NCBI RefSeq assembly: GCF_902713615.1
Contig: NC_052158.1
Coordinates: 158,666,691 to 158,730,690 of the forward strand
Length of the DNA stretch: 64,000 bases
Direction: 5' to 3'
From: Scyliorhinus canicula
Lineage: Eukaryota
The notes beneath the pieces were generated by a model. That model saw only the letters and a list, made by a program, of their open reading frames with translations. It ran no database searches and was not told where the DNA came from. This document shows positions 25,140-37,990 of this stretch, in pieces. How positions within the stretch are numbered: the stretch's first letter is position 1; each line of letters begins with the position of its first letter. The position numbers were made by a program, and so were the translations under genes.

Positions 25140-25790
25140 AGAGGTCTCTCTTACCATTCAAATGCACGAAATGCAGTTCAGAGAAGGTTTACTGCAATGA
25201 TGGCTGGAATGGAATGGACCTGTTGTCTTTTGAGGGAAGGTTGGACAGTCAAGGTTTGCATCCACTGGAGTTTTGAGGAGTAAGAGACAAGATGATTGAA
25301 ACATGCAAAATCCTGAGTGGCCTCACAAGGTGGATATGAAAAAGGTGTTCCCTTTCGTTGGAGAATCTAGTAAAAGTGTCATTACTTCAAAATAAGGGGG
25401 ACCCCATTTAAGACAGAGATGCAGAGTTTTTGTTTTCTCAGTGAGGTTTATGTCTTCACTAGTCTCTTCCTCTAAAAATGGGGTAAGCAGAGTTTTGGTT
25501 GTTTGCAAGGCATAATGGGCAGCACGGTAGATTCGGTTCCCTGCTGGGTCACTTATTGGGTTATGGGGATGCGAGGGCTTTAGTGGGCCGGTGCAGACTC
25601 GATAGACCAAATAGACTCCTGCACTGTACGTTCTAAAAAACAAATAATAATTTTATTTGAAATGTTTGTGGTAAAAGATAATAGGCATAAGTGGAAATTT
25701 AGAGATGAGATTACAAGGAGGTTGGCCATGATCTTATTAAAAGGCGAAGCACGTTACTACCCCTGAACCTAATTCGTAAGCATTTCGAAC
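25140..25790 (+). mobile_element. CR1 3' fragment with small HE1 piece
   Basis: ..AVQRRFT.., IETCKIL motifs; HE1-like gggcagcacggtag...gtgcagactcgat at ~25515-25640. Confidence 0.65.
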
Positions 25791-28700
25791 ATAGTCAATC
25801 AGCAAAGATGAGAAAGACGATTAAATATCCAAGGTAACAGAGAGATCACCAGTACTTTCCAAGCGCTTCATTTCCACAAAAATTCCGAAAGGGATTCAAC
25901 CTTTGGAGACAAGTCACTTTGAGGGTCCCCAGCATCTTACGTTTTCGCATAGCAAACGTATTATTAGATTGTATTGAATAGCCAACAATTACACCACGTT
26001 GCCCCGGAACTCCAAGAACAGCGGCAACGGAGCCTTTGAATTTCGAAATGGAAAAGTTCCAAATCCCAAAGTGGCAGATATCGTTCAAATTGATCTCGTG
26101 CACCGAACAAAATGAGCACTAGTTGCATAAGTCCTCAATGCATTTTTGCTATAGTTATGCAGTTTATGTGCAGCCATTTGCATGGGTCCAGGCAATAACA
26201 GACATCCACCATTGCATTTGTTCGTGATTTTTTTGAGTACAAGAGCAAGTAGGTTATTTCAAACTTGTAATAGTCACGGGTTCGGCTTCAACTAGAGAAG
26301 TTGGAGCCATGTTTCAGGAAGGACGTGGAAACACTGAAGCGGGAAAGAAAATATTCACGGCAATGGTTCTGAGACGAAGATCTTCAGACGTAAAGACGGA
26401 AGGGAGAGCGTGGACATATTTCCTCAGTGAAAAGAAGGCTGAGAGCACGTTTTCTAGAGCTAGTGTACACAAAATGAAGATCGATCTGGAAAGAGTATAA
26501 AGGGATAAACTGCTCATACTCGTGAAATGATCGAGTAAAAGAAGACACAGCTGCTGCAAAATAATGAGGAAAATACCGTGGGCGGACGCATGAAAGGTTG
26601 CTCGCCTCCTGGAAGCTCGAATTTCGGCGCATTCAGCCCAAAGCAGCCTGCTAAAAACGGGAGAAAACCCGTTCAGCATCACAAAGACAATACATGCCAA
26701 GCAGCAGCATGGCAGCAAGGCAGTAAGAATCTTGAGAGAAGGACAAAGGCCATAATAAGCAAACGAGGCGACGAGGCCTCCACCACACCTAATCGGGAAG
26801 GGTCGCCAGACCACACACAGGGCTCTTCCCTGTGAACGTATGGAGCGAGCTCCTGAGACAGGAACTCTAGCAGCTCAAGGATGCGATTAAAATAGAGATT
26901 AAAGCAATGGTAAATGTGGCGGTAGTGGAGGCACTAGGCACCCTGCATGACGCACTGGAAAAGGCAGAAGTGCACCTGGAGACTCAGGAAGTGATTATCC
27001 TTGAACTAGAGAAGGTCTCGATCAACCAGAGCGATCGGATCTCCGCAGTGGTGACCTAAATGGCAGCATTGGTGGCAACGCAAGCGATACTAACGGGGAA
27101 GGTCGAGGAGCACAAAAATCGGTCGCGCTGGTAGAACATCAGCATTGTTCGGCAAACTGAGGGATCCGTGAGCAGGAACCCCATGTAATATGTGGCCCAA
27201 ATGGCACTCAAACTGGTGGGAAGGGGAAGCTTCCCCAAGCCTCCAGAAATGGACAGAGCCTCATTGTCACTCGGGCCAAACCCAAGGCCAGCGAACAGCC
27301 GCGGCTATCATTGCGAAGCTGCACCTGCACCAAGATGGGGAAAGGATCTTAAATTGAGCGGGACAGACAGGACCTGGAACTGGATTGGCCACTTGATTCT
27401 GATGTATCGGGACATTAGGGAAGACGTGGGTAAGCGCCGGGCAGAATTTAACAATGCCAAGATGGCACTTTATATAAACAATGTGCAGTTTGGAATGCTG
27501 TATCCGGCCAAATTCTGAGCAATGTCCAAGGCAGAGAATATTAATTCACGCAGTTTGGTTCATCCACAAATGAATGCTGAGAAAATAACAATGTAACCAG
27601 AATTGAAGCGGATACCCCAGCTTATGGAGACACTGACAGACTATTTGCGTGGGACTACACCGTCTAATTTTTAATTCTGCAATAATGTCTCAGAAACGAG
27701 GGGCGAGAGCATCAGGGTGCAGGAGAGCGAGAGGAGGGAGAAGTGGGAACGGACAGGAAACGGTCAGGAGTTGGCATATGTTGATCCTGGGGGCGACCAA
27801 CACAGAGGCGCGTAAGCTAGCATGAGGAAATATGAGTGCTGACTGGGGGTGGGGTGGGGTGGGGGGGGGGGGGGGGGGTGGGGAGAGGGGGGGGGGGGGG
27901 GAGGGGGAGGAGGGCGTGGCACATGTCGCGTCGGCGATCGGATGCCGGCGAAAGGAGGGAGAACACTAGAGATAGGGAGTTAATAGGGGGAAAGCAAAGG
28001 TGATAAGGCTTGAGCTGGAAACTCACAGGCATGAAGGAGGTGGAAGTGGGCGGGGGGGGCAGACTCGGGGGGATAGCAGAGGGACAAGGGGTTGAAGGAC
28101 GCTGGGCTGTCTATGACAGATCCCACATGGCAGCAATGAACACAAAGACACCGCAGCAGCTACTTTGGAGGTCCCCAAAACAGAAGGAAATTCCGGAGTA
28201 CAGGGGATCATCCACATGGCGGGCACATAGATGGTGGTTACCTCTCTCGGTCCCTTGTAAAAGGGAAATACTGGAGCACAGGGACCGAGCCCATGGTGAG
28301 TACGGTGACCACTGCCACCTTGGATGCCCCCTAACAAAGGTAACAACAGAGTGAAGGGACGCATCCACAAGGTATGTTCAGTTGATCCCATAAGAAGGGA
28401 GGTGGGGGGGGGGGGGGTGCAGAAACCCTCCATCAGACTAGTTATCAGGAACGTCAGGGAACCAAATGGCCCAATGAAAAAAATCGAGGGTTTTTCCCCT
28501 TCTAAAAGTAGGAAAGGCGACATAGTCTTCCTCCAAGAGCCCCACCAAAGGTAGAATGACCGACTTCAGATAACAGGATGCTGTGTGGGACAAACTTACC
28601 AACCATGCGGCGGTAAAAGGGCAAGGAGTTGGCCAATGTTGCTCAATAGGTCGACAGCATTTACAGTGACTAGGATGGTTACGGAACGAGGCAGAAAGTG

Positions 28701-29227
28701 GTGTACTGGAAGTGGCACCAGTGATCCTTGTTAATGTGAACGCTCCAACTGGGATCAGGTGGAATTAATGACAAAGACCATGGAACTGATGGGGGCAGTG
28801 GACTCATGGAGATTTGCACGCTAAAGGGAGAAGGAGATCTCCCTTGAATAGATGCACACGGTAGATACATAGGGTCGACACCAGGATTGAATTCTTTATA
28901 GTGTGACAAGCATTGTTTCCAAGTGAAGTATGTGTGGTGCACTCCAAAATCATAATCTCCGTCCATGCTTCACACTACATGGATGTGTGATTAGGGGTGG
29001 GCTGGGCCCATTATCTCATAGGAGGCTGGACACGGCCCAACCTGCCAATAAGGCATTCAGCGAATGGATATTGCAAGAGATATTCTAACAACCAGAATGG
29101 GGAAATCACACCTACCAATTTCTGGGAGGTGCTGAAGGCAGTGAGGGGCGAAATCATTGCAGACAAGGCGTGCAGCGATAGGAAGGAAATGGTGGCTCAG
29201 CAGCATGTAGTTGACTGCATGTTGGGG

Positions 29228-29594
29228 TTTACATAGATTTACATAGAATTTATAGTGCAGAGGGAGGCCATTCGCCCCATCGAGTCTGCACCGGCTCTTG
29301 GAAAGAGAATCCTACCCCCTACCCAAGGTCAACACCTCCACCCTATCCCCATAACTCCATAACCCCACCCAACACTAAGGGCAGTTTTGGAAACTAAGGG
29401 CAATTTATCATGACCAATCCACCTAACCCGCACATCTTTGGACTGTGGGAGGAAACCGGAGCACCCGGAGGAAACCCACGCACACACGGGGAGGATGTGC
29501 AGACTCCGCACAGACAGTGACCCAAGCCGGAATCGAACCTGGTACCCTGGAGCTGTGAAGCGATTGTGCTATCCACAATGCTACCGTGCTGCCC
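29228..29594 (-). mobile_element. HE1 V-SINE, full length, nested in L1
   Basis: Canonical head/body and aattctatg-type tail. Confidence 0.9.
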
Positions 29595-31044
29595 TGAAGC
29601 AGCGGAACCTGACAGCCCTGATTGTAGAGCTGCTGGCGGACAGGAAGAATCTACAAATCGACTTGGACCTGCTCTCGACGAGAAGAGCAGTGCATTAGCT
29701 TCCACAGATATTAGGGACCTGTTATGAACATGGAGTCAAACCCAATTTCCTGCTGGCTCAGCAGCTGAGAAAGCATGCAGCCACGAGGAAAATAGTGGAC
29801 ATTACACACAACAGCAGGAAGCTAATCGTTGCATCTGAAAAGATAAACGAGACCTTTGAGACCTTTCACCGAGGGCTGTAAACCTCAGAGCCCCAGAGGT
29901 GGACTCAGAGATGAAGCAGATTCTCGATGTACTGGACATGGTAGTTGTGGGGGAAAATATGATGCGGGGCCTGCAAGCACCATTAAAACTGAGAGAGTCC
30001 GTGGTGAGTACGAACTCCATGCAGGCGGGGAAGGAGTCGGGCCAGGTAGAAATATTGCGGACATCTGAAAAAGAATTTGGGACAGAACTGGCCCCGCATC
30101 AGCATGAGATATTCGCCAGCTCGCTGTTCAGGGACTCCTTTCCGCCAAGAGTTGCACAAGCCTCAATATCGCTGATACTCAGGAAGGACAAAGGCCCAAC
30201 TGAGTGTGGATCCTACAAACTGAACTCGCTACTCAAAGTAGATGCAAATATCCTGGGAAAGCCCTGGCAAAGTGGCTGGGAGTGGCAAAGTGGTAATGGA
30301 AGACCAGACGAGCTTTGTCAAGGGCAGGCAGTTAATATTGAACACCAGGCGCCTGCTGAACGTGATAATGACTCCATTCAGGGAGAGACCACCAGAAGTG
30401 ATGATGTTCCTTCTCACAGAAAAGGCTTTCGACAGAGTCGAGTGGCAGTATACACATAGAGGTTCTGGACAGTTTGCACTTGGGCCAGGGTTCACGTCCC
30501 AGGGGAAATTATTGTAGATTGTTCCTGTGGCAAGAGAATGGATGAACTCAAAATATGTCCAGCTGTACAGAGGCAAGATAGGGATGCCCGGTACCCCTGC
30601 TGTTGATGCCTCTGGCAATCGAGACTCCAGGAATAGCACTCAGAATGCTGTAGGGCAGAAGAGGTATCCAGAGGAGGGAGACAAGGTTTATAGAGTTTAA
30701 CTGTACGCAGATGACCTGCTCTGCTACATACCGAACGCTGAAGGCAGCATGGAAGGGATCATTAAGCTCCGAAAGGAAATTCGAGCCTTCGTGGACTTCA
30801 ATCTCTACCTCAACAAAAACAAAATCTCCCCAGTGAATCAGCAAGGAGGAGGGACAGAACAAGAGGGGTTCCCATTCAAGCAAGCCAAAAGCAACTCATG
30901 CTATCTGAGGATCCAAATAGCCCACAACTGGACATGGATTCACAAATGTAACCTGACGAGTCTGGTAGAGAATGTCAAAAGGACCTGCAAATGTGGGACA
31001 CACTCCCACTCTCGCTGGCATGGATAGTGCAGACGATAAAAATG

Positions 31045-31226
31045 AAACGATAAATGTAAATCGCTTATTGTCACAATTAGGTTTCAAATGAAGTTACTGT
31101 GAAAAGCCCCTAGTCACCACATTTCGGCGCCTGTTCGGGGAGGCTGGTACGGGAATTGAACCGTGCTGCTGGCCTGCCTTGGTCTGATTTAAAAGCCTGC
31201 CATTTGGCCCTGAGCTAAACCAGCCC
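31045..31226 (-). mobile_element. Short-head SINE (GTGACAATAAG-tail family) nested in L1
   Basis: Closely matches 6108-6281. Confidence 0.8.
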
Positions 31227-31707
31227 CTCGAACATTGATCTACATCCCCATGGCCTTCTTCAACACAGTAGAGAAACTAATCATGGCACTTGCCTGGGGG
31301 CAGGGGTGGGCAGTGAAAAAGTGCACTACAAAGAAGAAGAAGCATGGGAGGCCTGGTCCTCCCATATCTACATTTCTACCACTGGGTGGCCATTGCAGAA
31401 AGTGTGAGGGAAAGAATTAAGGAACCAAGAGAGGAATGGGTGAGGATGGAGGGGTGATGCCGAATAAGGTCCTCCCTCCGAGCCCTAGCCACAATTGCAC
31501 GCCCATCTCTTCCGAACAAGTATGCAAGAGGCCCAGTAGCGGTATCTACGCTCCAAACGTGGTGTGAGATGAGACAGCACGTCAAGCAAACCAAACTGAA
31601 CACAATGGCACACATCTGTGACAAACACAGGTTTACACCTGCAACAATGAACGTAACCTTCAGAAGGTGAAGATAGGATAAGGGGACACTGACGATTAGA
31701 GGCATGA

Positions 31708-33446
31708 CATGGAGATGCCGGCGTTGGACTGGTGTGAGCACTGTAAGAAGTCTTGCAACACCAGGTTAAAGTCCAACAGGTTTGTTTAGAATCACTATCT
31801 TTCCGAACACAGCTCCTTGCTCGAGCGAATGAAGAGGTAGGTTGCAGAAACATATATAGACAAAGTCAAAGATGCAAGACGATAATTTCAATGCGAGTCT
31901 TTGCAGGTATTTAAGTATTTACAGGTCCAGACGGAGCAACTGGAGAGAGGGATAATCACAGGTTAAAGAGGTGTAAATTGTCTCAAGCCCGGACAGTTAG
32001 TAGGATTTCGCAAGCTCAGACCAGATAGTGGGGGGTGAATGTAGTACAACATGAATCCAAGCTCCCTATTGAGGCCGTACACATGTTTGCGGAACTTGGC
32101 GATAAGTTTCTGCTCGGCGATACTGCGTTGATGCGGGACTTGAGGGCCACCTTGGAGAACGCTTACCCGAAGGCCAGGGGCTGAATGCCCTTGACTGCTG
32201 AAGAGTTCCCCGACTGGAAGTAAAAATTCCTGCCTGGCAATTGTCGCGCGATGTCCGTTCATCCTTTGTTGCAGTGTCTGCATAGTATCACCAATGTACC
32301 ACACTTAGGGACATCCTTTCCTGCAGCGTATGAGGGAGACAACTTTTGTCGAGTCGCAAGAGTATGTACCATGTACCTGGTGGATGGTGTTCACACGTGG
32401 AATGGTGGTACCCATGTCGATGATTTGGCACATCTTGTAGAGATTGCCATGGCACGGTTGTGTGGTGTCGAGGTCGCTGTTCTGAAGGCTAGGTAGTTTG
32501 CTGGAAACAATGGTCTGTTTAAGGTTGCACGGTTGTTTGAAGGCCAGTAGTGGGGGTGTGGAGATGACCTTGGCAAGATGTTCATCTTCATCGGTGACCT
32601 GTTGAACACTGAGAAGAAGATGTCATCGTTTCTCTGCTCCGGATAAGTACTGGGTGACGAAGGTACTCTGTCGGTTGTATCGCATATTTGTCTTCTGAAG
32701 AGGTTGGTGTGTTTCTTTGCTGTGGTATGCTGGAACTGTCGATCGATTAGTGGAGCACCATATCCCATTCGTACGAGGGCATCTTTCAGCGTCCGCAGAT
32801 GTCCATTACGCTTCCCCTCGTATGAGCAGATCCTGTGTATACGGACCGCTTGTCTATAGGGGATGGCTTCTTCAATGTGTTCAGGGTGGATGCTGGAAAA
32901 CTGGAGTATCGTGACGTTATCCATGGGCTTGTGGTAAAGTGAAGTGCTGAGGTCACCGTCATTGATGGAGATGAGTGCGTCCAAGAATGCAACCGATTCT
33001 GGAGAGTAGTCCATGGTGAGTCTGATGGTTGGATGGAACTTATTGATATCATCGTGTAGTTGTTTCAGTGATTCTTTGCCATGGATCGAAAGGAAAAAAA
33101 TATAATTGATGTATCTCGTTTATAACGTTGGTTCAAGGTCCTATGCGGTGAGGAGGTCTTGTTCAAACTTGTGCATGATATTGGCAAATTGACATGAGAA
33201 TTTAGTCCCCATGGCTGTTCCATGTATCTGGATGACGAACTTGTTGTCACAGCTGAAGACGTTGTGGACCTCTGAAGACTTACTTACCTGCAAAGTATCG
33301 CATTCGAAGTATAGTCTTGCACCTTTGACTTTGTGTATGTATATGTTTCTGGAATCCACCTCTTCAATCACCCGAGGAAGGAGTTGTGCTCCGAAAGCTA
33401 ATGGTTCGAAACAAACCGTTTTGGACTGTAATCTGGTGTGGCTAGA
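31708..33446 (-). mobile_element. Penelope-like element (RT C-term + GIY-YIG endonuclease) with inverted pseudo-LTRs
   Basis: QIHGTAMGTKF, MDYSPESVAFLD, STSLYHKP, WYIGDT...RMNGHR...EQKLIAKF...GLNRE; 33280-33445 is the reverse complement of ~31750-31915. Confidence 0.9.
33366..33406 (+). ncRNA. Decayed minimal type-I hammerhead ribozyme motif in Penelope pLTR
   Basis: aatcac-CCGAGGA-a-ggagt(tgt)gctcc-GAAA-gcta-atggtt. The core is one substitution from CUGAnGA, stem II is intact, helix III is a minimal AGCU palindrome. A more decayed copy lies on the minus strand at ~31790-31830. Confidence 0.6.
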
Positions 33447-33788
33447 GTCACCTATGTACACATACAACATAATTGAGACCCTGGAGGACCTTACAGTTTG
33501 GCTCAAACTACCAAAAGGAAATTAACTGAGACACATGCAGGTCAACAACTTCCTCTATATGGAAACAACGACATACCCCCAGATACCAGGACATTTGCTA
33601 CTTGTAGAACTGTTGGACATGGGCGAATTAGGAATGGGGAACTGTGGGAACCTGTATCAGCGACTGTTGGAGGAGTTATGCAACATCCTGGATGAGACAA
33701 TGGAGAAATGGGAGGAAGAACTCGCAATAGAAGTGGGGGAGGGGATACTTAGATTTAAGAACTACACAGGGCTCACCCCACTTGGCAT

Positions 33789-35526
33789 ATGCAGAGCTAA
33801 GCCGAGTGCAGTTAAGCTGTTGCACAAATGACACCAAACCAGCACTCGAATGAGCAGATTTTTCCGGAGATGGAGGACACATGTGAAAGTTGCCAAGTTC
33901 TGCTCCTGCCGCAGACCTGTCCGGTCCTGCACAAACTTCTTTGAGGCAATATCCAAGGTTCTGGGAGTGATGATGAAGCCATGCCTAAAGGTGGTGGTTT
34001 ATGGGGTCTCAGACCAGCCTTAGCTTTTTATGGGATGGTGGCCAACGCCCTTGACTTTGCTTCTCTAATCGCTCACCGAAGATTCCTGATCAGCTGGCGA
34101 TTGGCAACACCATGAAAAGCTGCAGACAAGCTGTCCGATCTGCCGAAATTCCCCCAAATGCAGAAGATAAAATTTGCCATCCGGGGTGAGAAGAGGGCTT
34201 CTACTCGACGTGGCAGCCGTTCACTATTTTTTCCTATGGCCTATTCGTAGTCAGCAACCAGTGAAGCAAAGGTTTGAGGGCGGGAGAGGGGGGGGGGGGA
34301 GGGAACAGACGAGCCAGGGGACATAAAGGAAAAGAAAGGGGAGTGAAGGAGACTGGGGGGAAGAAGGGGGGTAAAGGCCCACAAAAGGGAATGCGAGGGG
34401 CAACAGACAAAGGCGCAGAAGGCGGGCCCGAGGGCATGCGGAAAATCCGAATCACCAGCAGAAATGCGCTTGGGCCACATTGGGGAGTACTGTTGAGGCA
34501 GACTGACTAATGGGGAATAGGGTCACAGAGGGAGGGGAGAAAAGAACATGCAAATATACGCAATGATCGTTTATTGCTTCCCTCTTTTTTTTCTCACTTT
34601 GGTTTTCCTCTTTTTATTTTTTTCCCGGATTGCTTTTGCTTTGCGTTAAGTGCGCTTATGCAACTTGTAATTTAACGTATGAACTGAAGTATGCAACATC
34701 AAATGTGATAACTAATACATTTTTTTTTCGAAAGCAATAAGGAATAAACAATCAGGAAACACGTTTTTATGCACCGAGTCATTCGGGCATGGAATGCACT
34801 GTCTGTGAGTGTGATGGAAACAGGTTTATGAGAATAATTCAAAACGGAATCAGACTGTTATTTGAAAAGGAAGAATGTCCATGATTACGTGGAAGAGGTG
34901 GGAGAGTGAAATGTACCAGTTGACCATTTCAAGAGGCGTTCATATACAATGGGGCAATTGTATATGCAAGGTTTCCAGGCATGGGAGCGCAACAATCAGC
35001 GGTATTCAGGGGGGACAAAATAAAAGAGAAAGAAGATGGGATATCGTTGTTAGGAAGGGAGAAAACCAATGCATTAGTGAGGGAGTATATTTTTTCGGAA
35101 AAGCGGAATCTGTATGTGTGGAGATAAGAAACGTGAAGGGGCAGGAAATGTTGACTATAGGCCTCCCAAAAGTGGTGGAGATGTAAGGGAAGTTTTCAAG
35201 TAATAAATCAGTGATGCATGCAACCATTGTAAAACTGGAAACATGGATGACTTTAATTAACATAGTGTTTGGACCAACCAAACTAGCAATGGTATAGTGG
35301 AGGAACAGTTACTGGAGTGTGCATGGGATGATTTTTAAAGCCAATGCGTTGAGGAGCCAATCAGAGAACAGGGCATTTCAGACGGGTACTGTGTAATGAG
35401 AAGTGATGAATTAATAATCATATTGTGTGGAGCCTTTGGGGAAGAGCGACCATAATGTCAGAATTCTTTATTAATTTGGAGAGTGAAGTAATTGAATCTG
35501 AAATGGAATGGCGTGGAGGTGTGGGC
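33789..35526 (+). repeat. Right arm of inverted duplication (source copy: L1 3' end + flanking CR1/SINE sequence)
   Basis: This copy is contiguous with L1 ORF2 upstream and with an HE1 3' fragment downstream, whereas the left arm is cut at both points. Confidence 0.95.
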
Positions 35527-37457
35527 AGGGTTGGGTGCGCTTTCCAAGGGCCGTTGCAGACTCGATGGGCCGACTGGCCTCATTCTGCACTGTAAATTCT
35601 ATGATTCTATGATTCTATGAAATTGGAGTCCTCAATCTACATAACCGAAACTATGGGGGTATGAGGTTAAGATAGATTGAGGGACTATATTCAAGGGGTT
35701 GATGGCAGATACACAATGTTTCATATTTAATGAATATGTGCAAAAGATACAATTACCCCTTCCTGCCTTGCTTAAAAATGAAAGAAGAAATGTGACTCAA
35801 CCATGACTTACAACATAAATTACGGATAATATAAAATACAAAGAAGGGCAAAAAATTGCCAGAAATAGCAGCAAGCCGGAGCATAGGGATCACTTTAGAA
35901 TTCAGCAAAAGAGTGCAAAGAATTTGATGGAGGGGTAAAATAGAGCATAACAGTTAATTGCAGGGAAGATTAAACTGACCATAAAGGATTTTATAAATAT
36001 TTGAAGACAGAATCATAAAATCATAGAATTTACTGTACAGAAGGAGGTCATTCTGCTATTCGAATCTGCACCGGTCCTTGGAAAGAGCACGCTACTTAAA
36101 CCAATGCCTCCACCCTATCCACGTCACCCAATAACCCCACCTAACCTGAGGGGCAATTCTGCATGGCCAATCCACCTAAACTGTACATCTTTGGACTCTG
36201 GGAGGAAACCGGAGTATCCGGAGGAAACCGACGCAGACACGGGACGAATGTGCAAACTCCACACAGACAGTCACCCGAGGCTGGAATTGAATCTGGCACC
36301 CTGGAGCGGTGAGGCAGCAGTGTTGACCACCGTGTCACCGAAATATGAGTAAAGACTCCCTGAGATTCAGACGGGGACCAAAGAAATAGCAGAGTAGGTG
36401 AACACATACTTTTCTTCTGTCTTCTCAAAAGAGGGTACAAATAACCTCCCATAAATGTATCGGAGCCTAGAAATTTGGGAAAGGGCAGAATTTAAGGAAA
36501 TTAGCATGCGTAAGGAAATAGTACCCAGGAAATGAATGTGGTTAAAGGCTGACAATTCACCAGGACCTAATAAATTCCATTAAAGGGTCGCCCTACTGAT
36601 TGCAATGGTGGGCATCGTCCACAATTCCATAGGTTCTGGAGCAGTTCCTACAGATTTGAGGATGGCATCTGTATCCCCATTATTTAATAGGATGGGAGAA
36701 AGAAAGGGAGAATTGCTGCCAGGTTAGCCCAGCATCAGGTATGGGGACGTTGCTAGAATCGATTATAAAAGATGGGATGACAGCACATTTGGAAAGCAGT
36801 AACGGGATTGGAAAATATCAGCATGGGTCCATGAATGCAAACATTGCATTCCAAATCTACTGGAGTTGTTTGAGGTTATGGCTAGTAGAATCAATAAGTG
36901 AGAATGAGTGGATGTGGTGCGTCTGTTTTGAGAAGGTTCCTCATGAGAGGTTATTGGGCAAATTTGAACCATAAGGGATCGGGAATGATGCAATTTCACG
37001 GATCGACAATTTTTAAAAATGAATTTAGATTACCCAATTATTTTTTCCAATTATGGGGCAATTTAGTGTGGCCAATCCACCTACTCTGCATATTTTTGGG
37101 TTGTGGGAGGCGAAACCCACGCAGACACGGAGAAAATGTGCAAACTGCACACGGACAGTGGCCCATAGCAGTGATCGAACCTGGGATCACGAATTGGGTG
37201 ACGTACAGGAAACAGAGAGGGGGAATAAATGGATCTTCTTCTGAGTGGCAGTCAGTGACCATTGAGTATGCAGGGATCAGTGCTTGAGTACTGTTGTTCA
37301 CAATGTTATTTTTATTGGTTCCTGGGACATGGGCATCAGAGGCTGTACAACACTTATTGCCCATCGCTCATTGCCGTGAGGGGCAGTTAAGAGTCAACCT
37401 CATTGCTGTGGGTCTGGAGTCACAGGTAAGTCAGACCAGTTCAGGATGGCACATTTC

Positions 37458-37677
37458 GGGGCAGCACGGTGGCGCAGTCGGTTAGCCCTGCAGCCTCATG
37501 GTGCCGAGGTTTCAGGTTCGATCCCAGCTCTGGGTCACTGGCCGTGTGGAGTTTGCACATTCTCCCCCTGTTTGCGTGGGTTTCGCCTCCACAGCACACT
37601 GATGTGTGGGCTAAGTGGATTGGTCACCCTTAATTGGAAGAAATGAATTGGGTACACTAAATTTATATTTAATAAAA
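37458..37677 (+). mobile_element. Short A-tailed HE1-derived SINE with 15-bp TSD
   Basis: TSD aggatggcacatttc (37443-37457) / aggatggcagatttc (37678-37692). Confidence 0.85.
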
Positions 37678-37954
37678 AGGATGGCAGATTTCTTTCCCAA
37701 AAGGTCATCAGTGACCCATATGGCATTTTACGACAATCGATTCATGGTCATCATTAAACTTTAAATTCCAGATTTTCATTGAATTCAAATTTCACCTTCT
37801 GCAGCGATGGAGCTTGAACCTAGGTCCACAGAGCATTTCCCTGGGTCTCAGGATTGCTAGTCCAGCCACACCACCACTCCGCCACCACCTACCCTCGACA
37901 TATATCAATGACCTTGATGAGTGAACCAAAGGTAACATGTCCAAATGTATTCAT

Positions 37955-37990
37955 TTTTTTTTTTTATAAATGTTTTTATTCAGTTTTCGA
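37955..37990 (-). mobile_element. 36-nt poly(A)-tailed retroinsertion with perfect 14-bp TSD
   Basis: ccaaatgtattcat at 37941-37954 and 37991-38004; the insert reads TCGAAAACTGAATAAAAACATTTAT(A)n on the minus strand. Confidence 0.8.

Larger units (their letters stand above)
26550..34730 (+). mobile_element. Near full-length decayed L1-clade LINE inserted in an old CR1; hosts later insertions
   Basis: ORF1-like ..KNRSR..NISIV...EG and KRRAEFNNAKMALY..NVQFGMLYPAK. ORF2 EN RNVR..NGPMK...DIVFLQE; RT QASISLILRKDKGPTECGSY, EDQTSFVKGRQ, EKAFDRVEW, LYADDLL. CR1 sequence stops ~26550 and resumes ~34740. Confidence 0.85.

Noticed and set aside
24773-26103. ORFs in the spacer between inverted arms as a hidden opposite-strand exon activated by inversion
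   Set aside because: No SRCR-like Cys pattern or convincing splice-site pair found on the plus strand.
29500-29594. tRNA-like A/B box sequences (ggttcgattcc)
   Set aside because: SINE heads, not complete cloverleaf tRNA genes.
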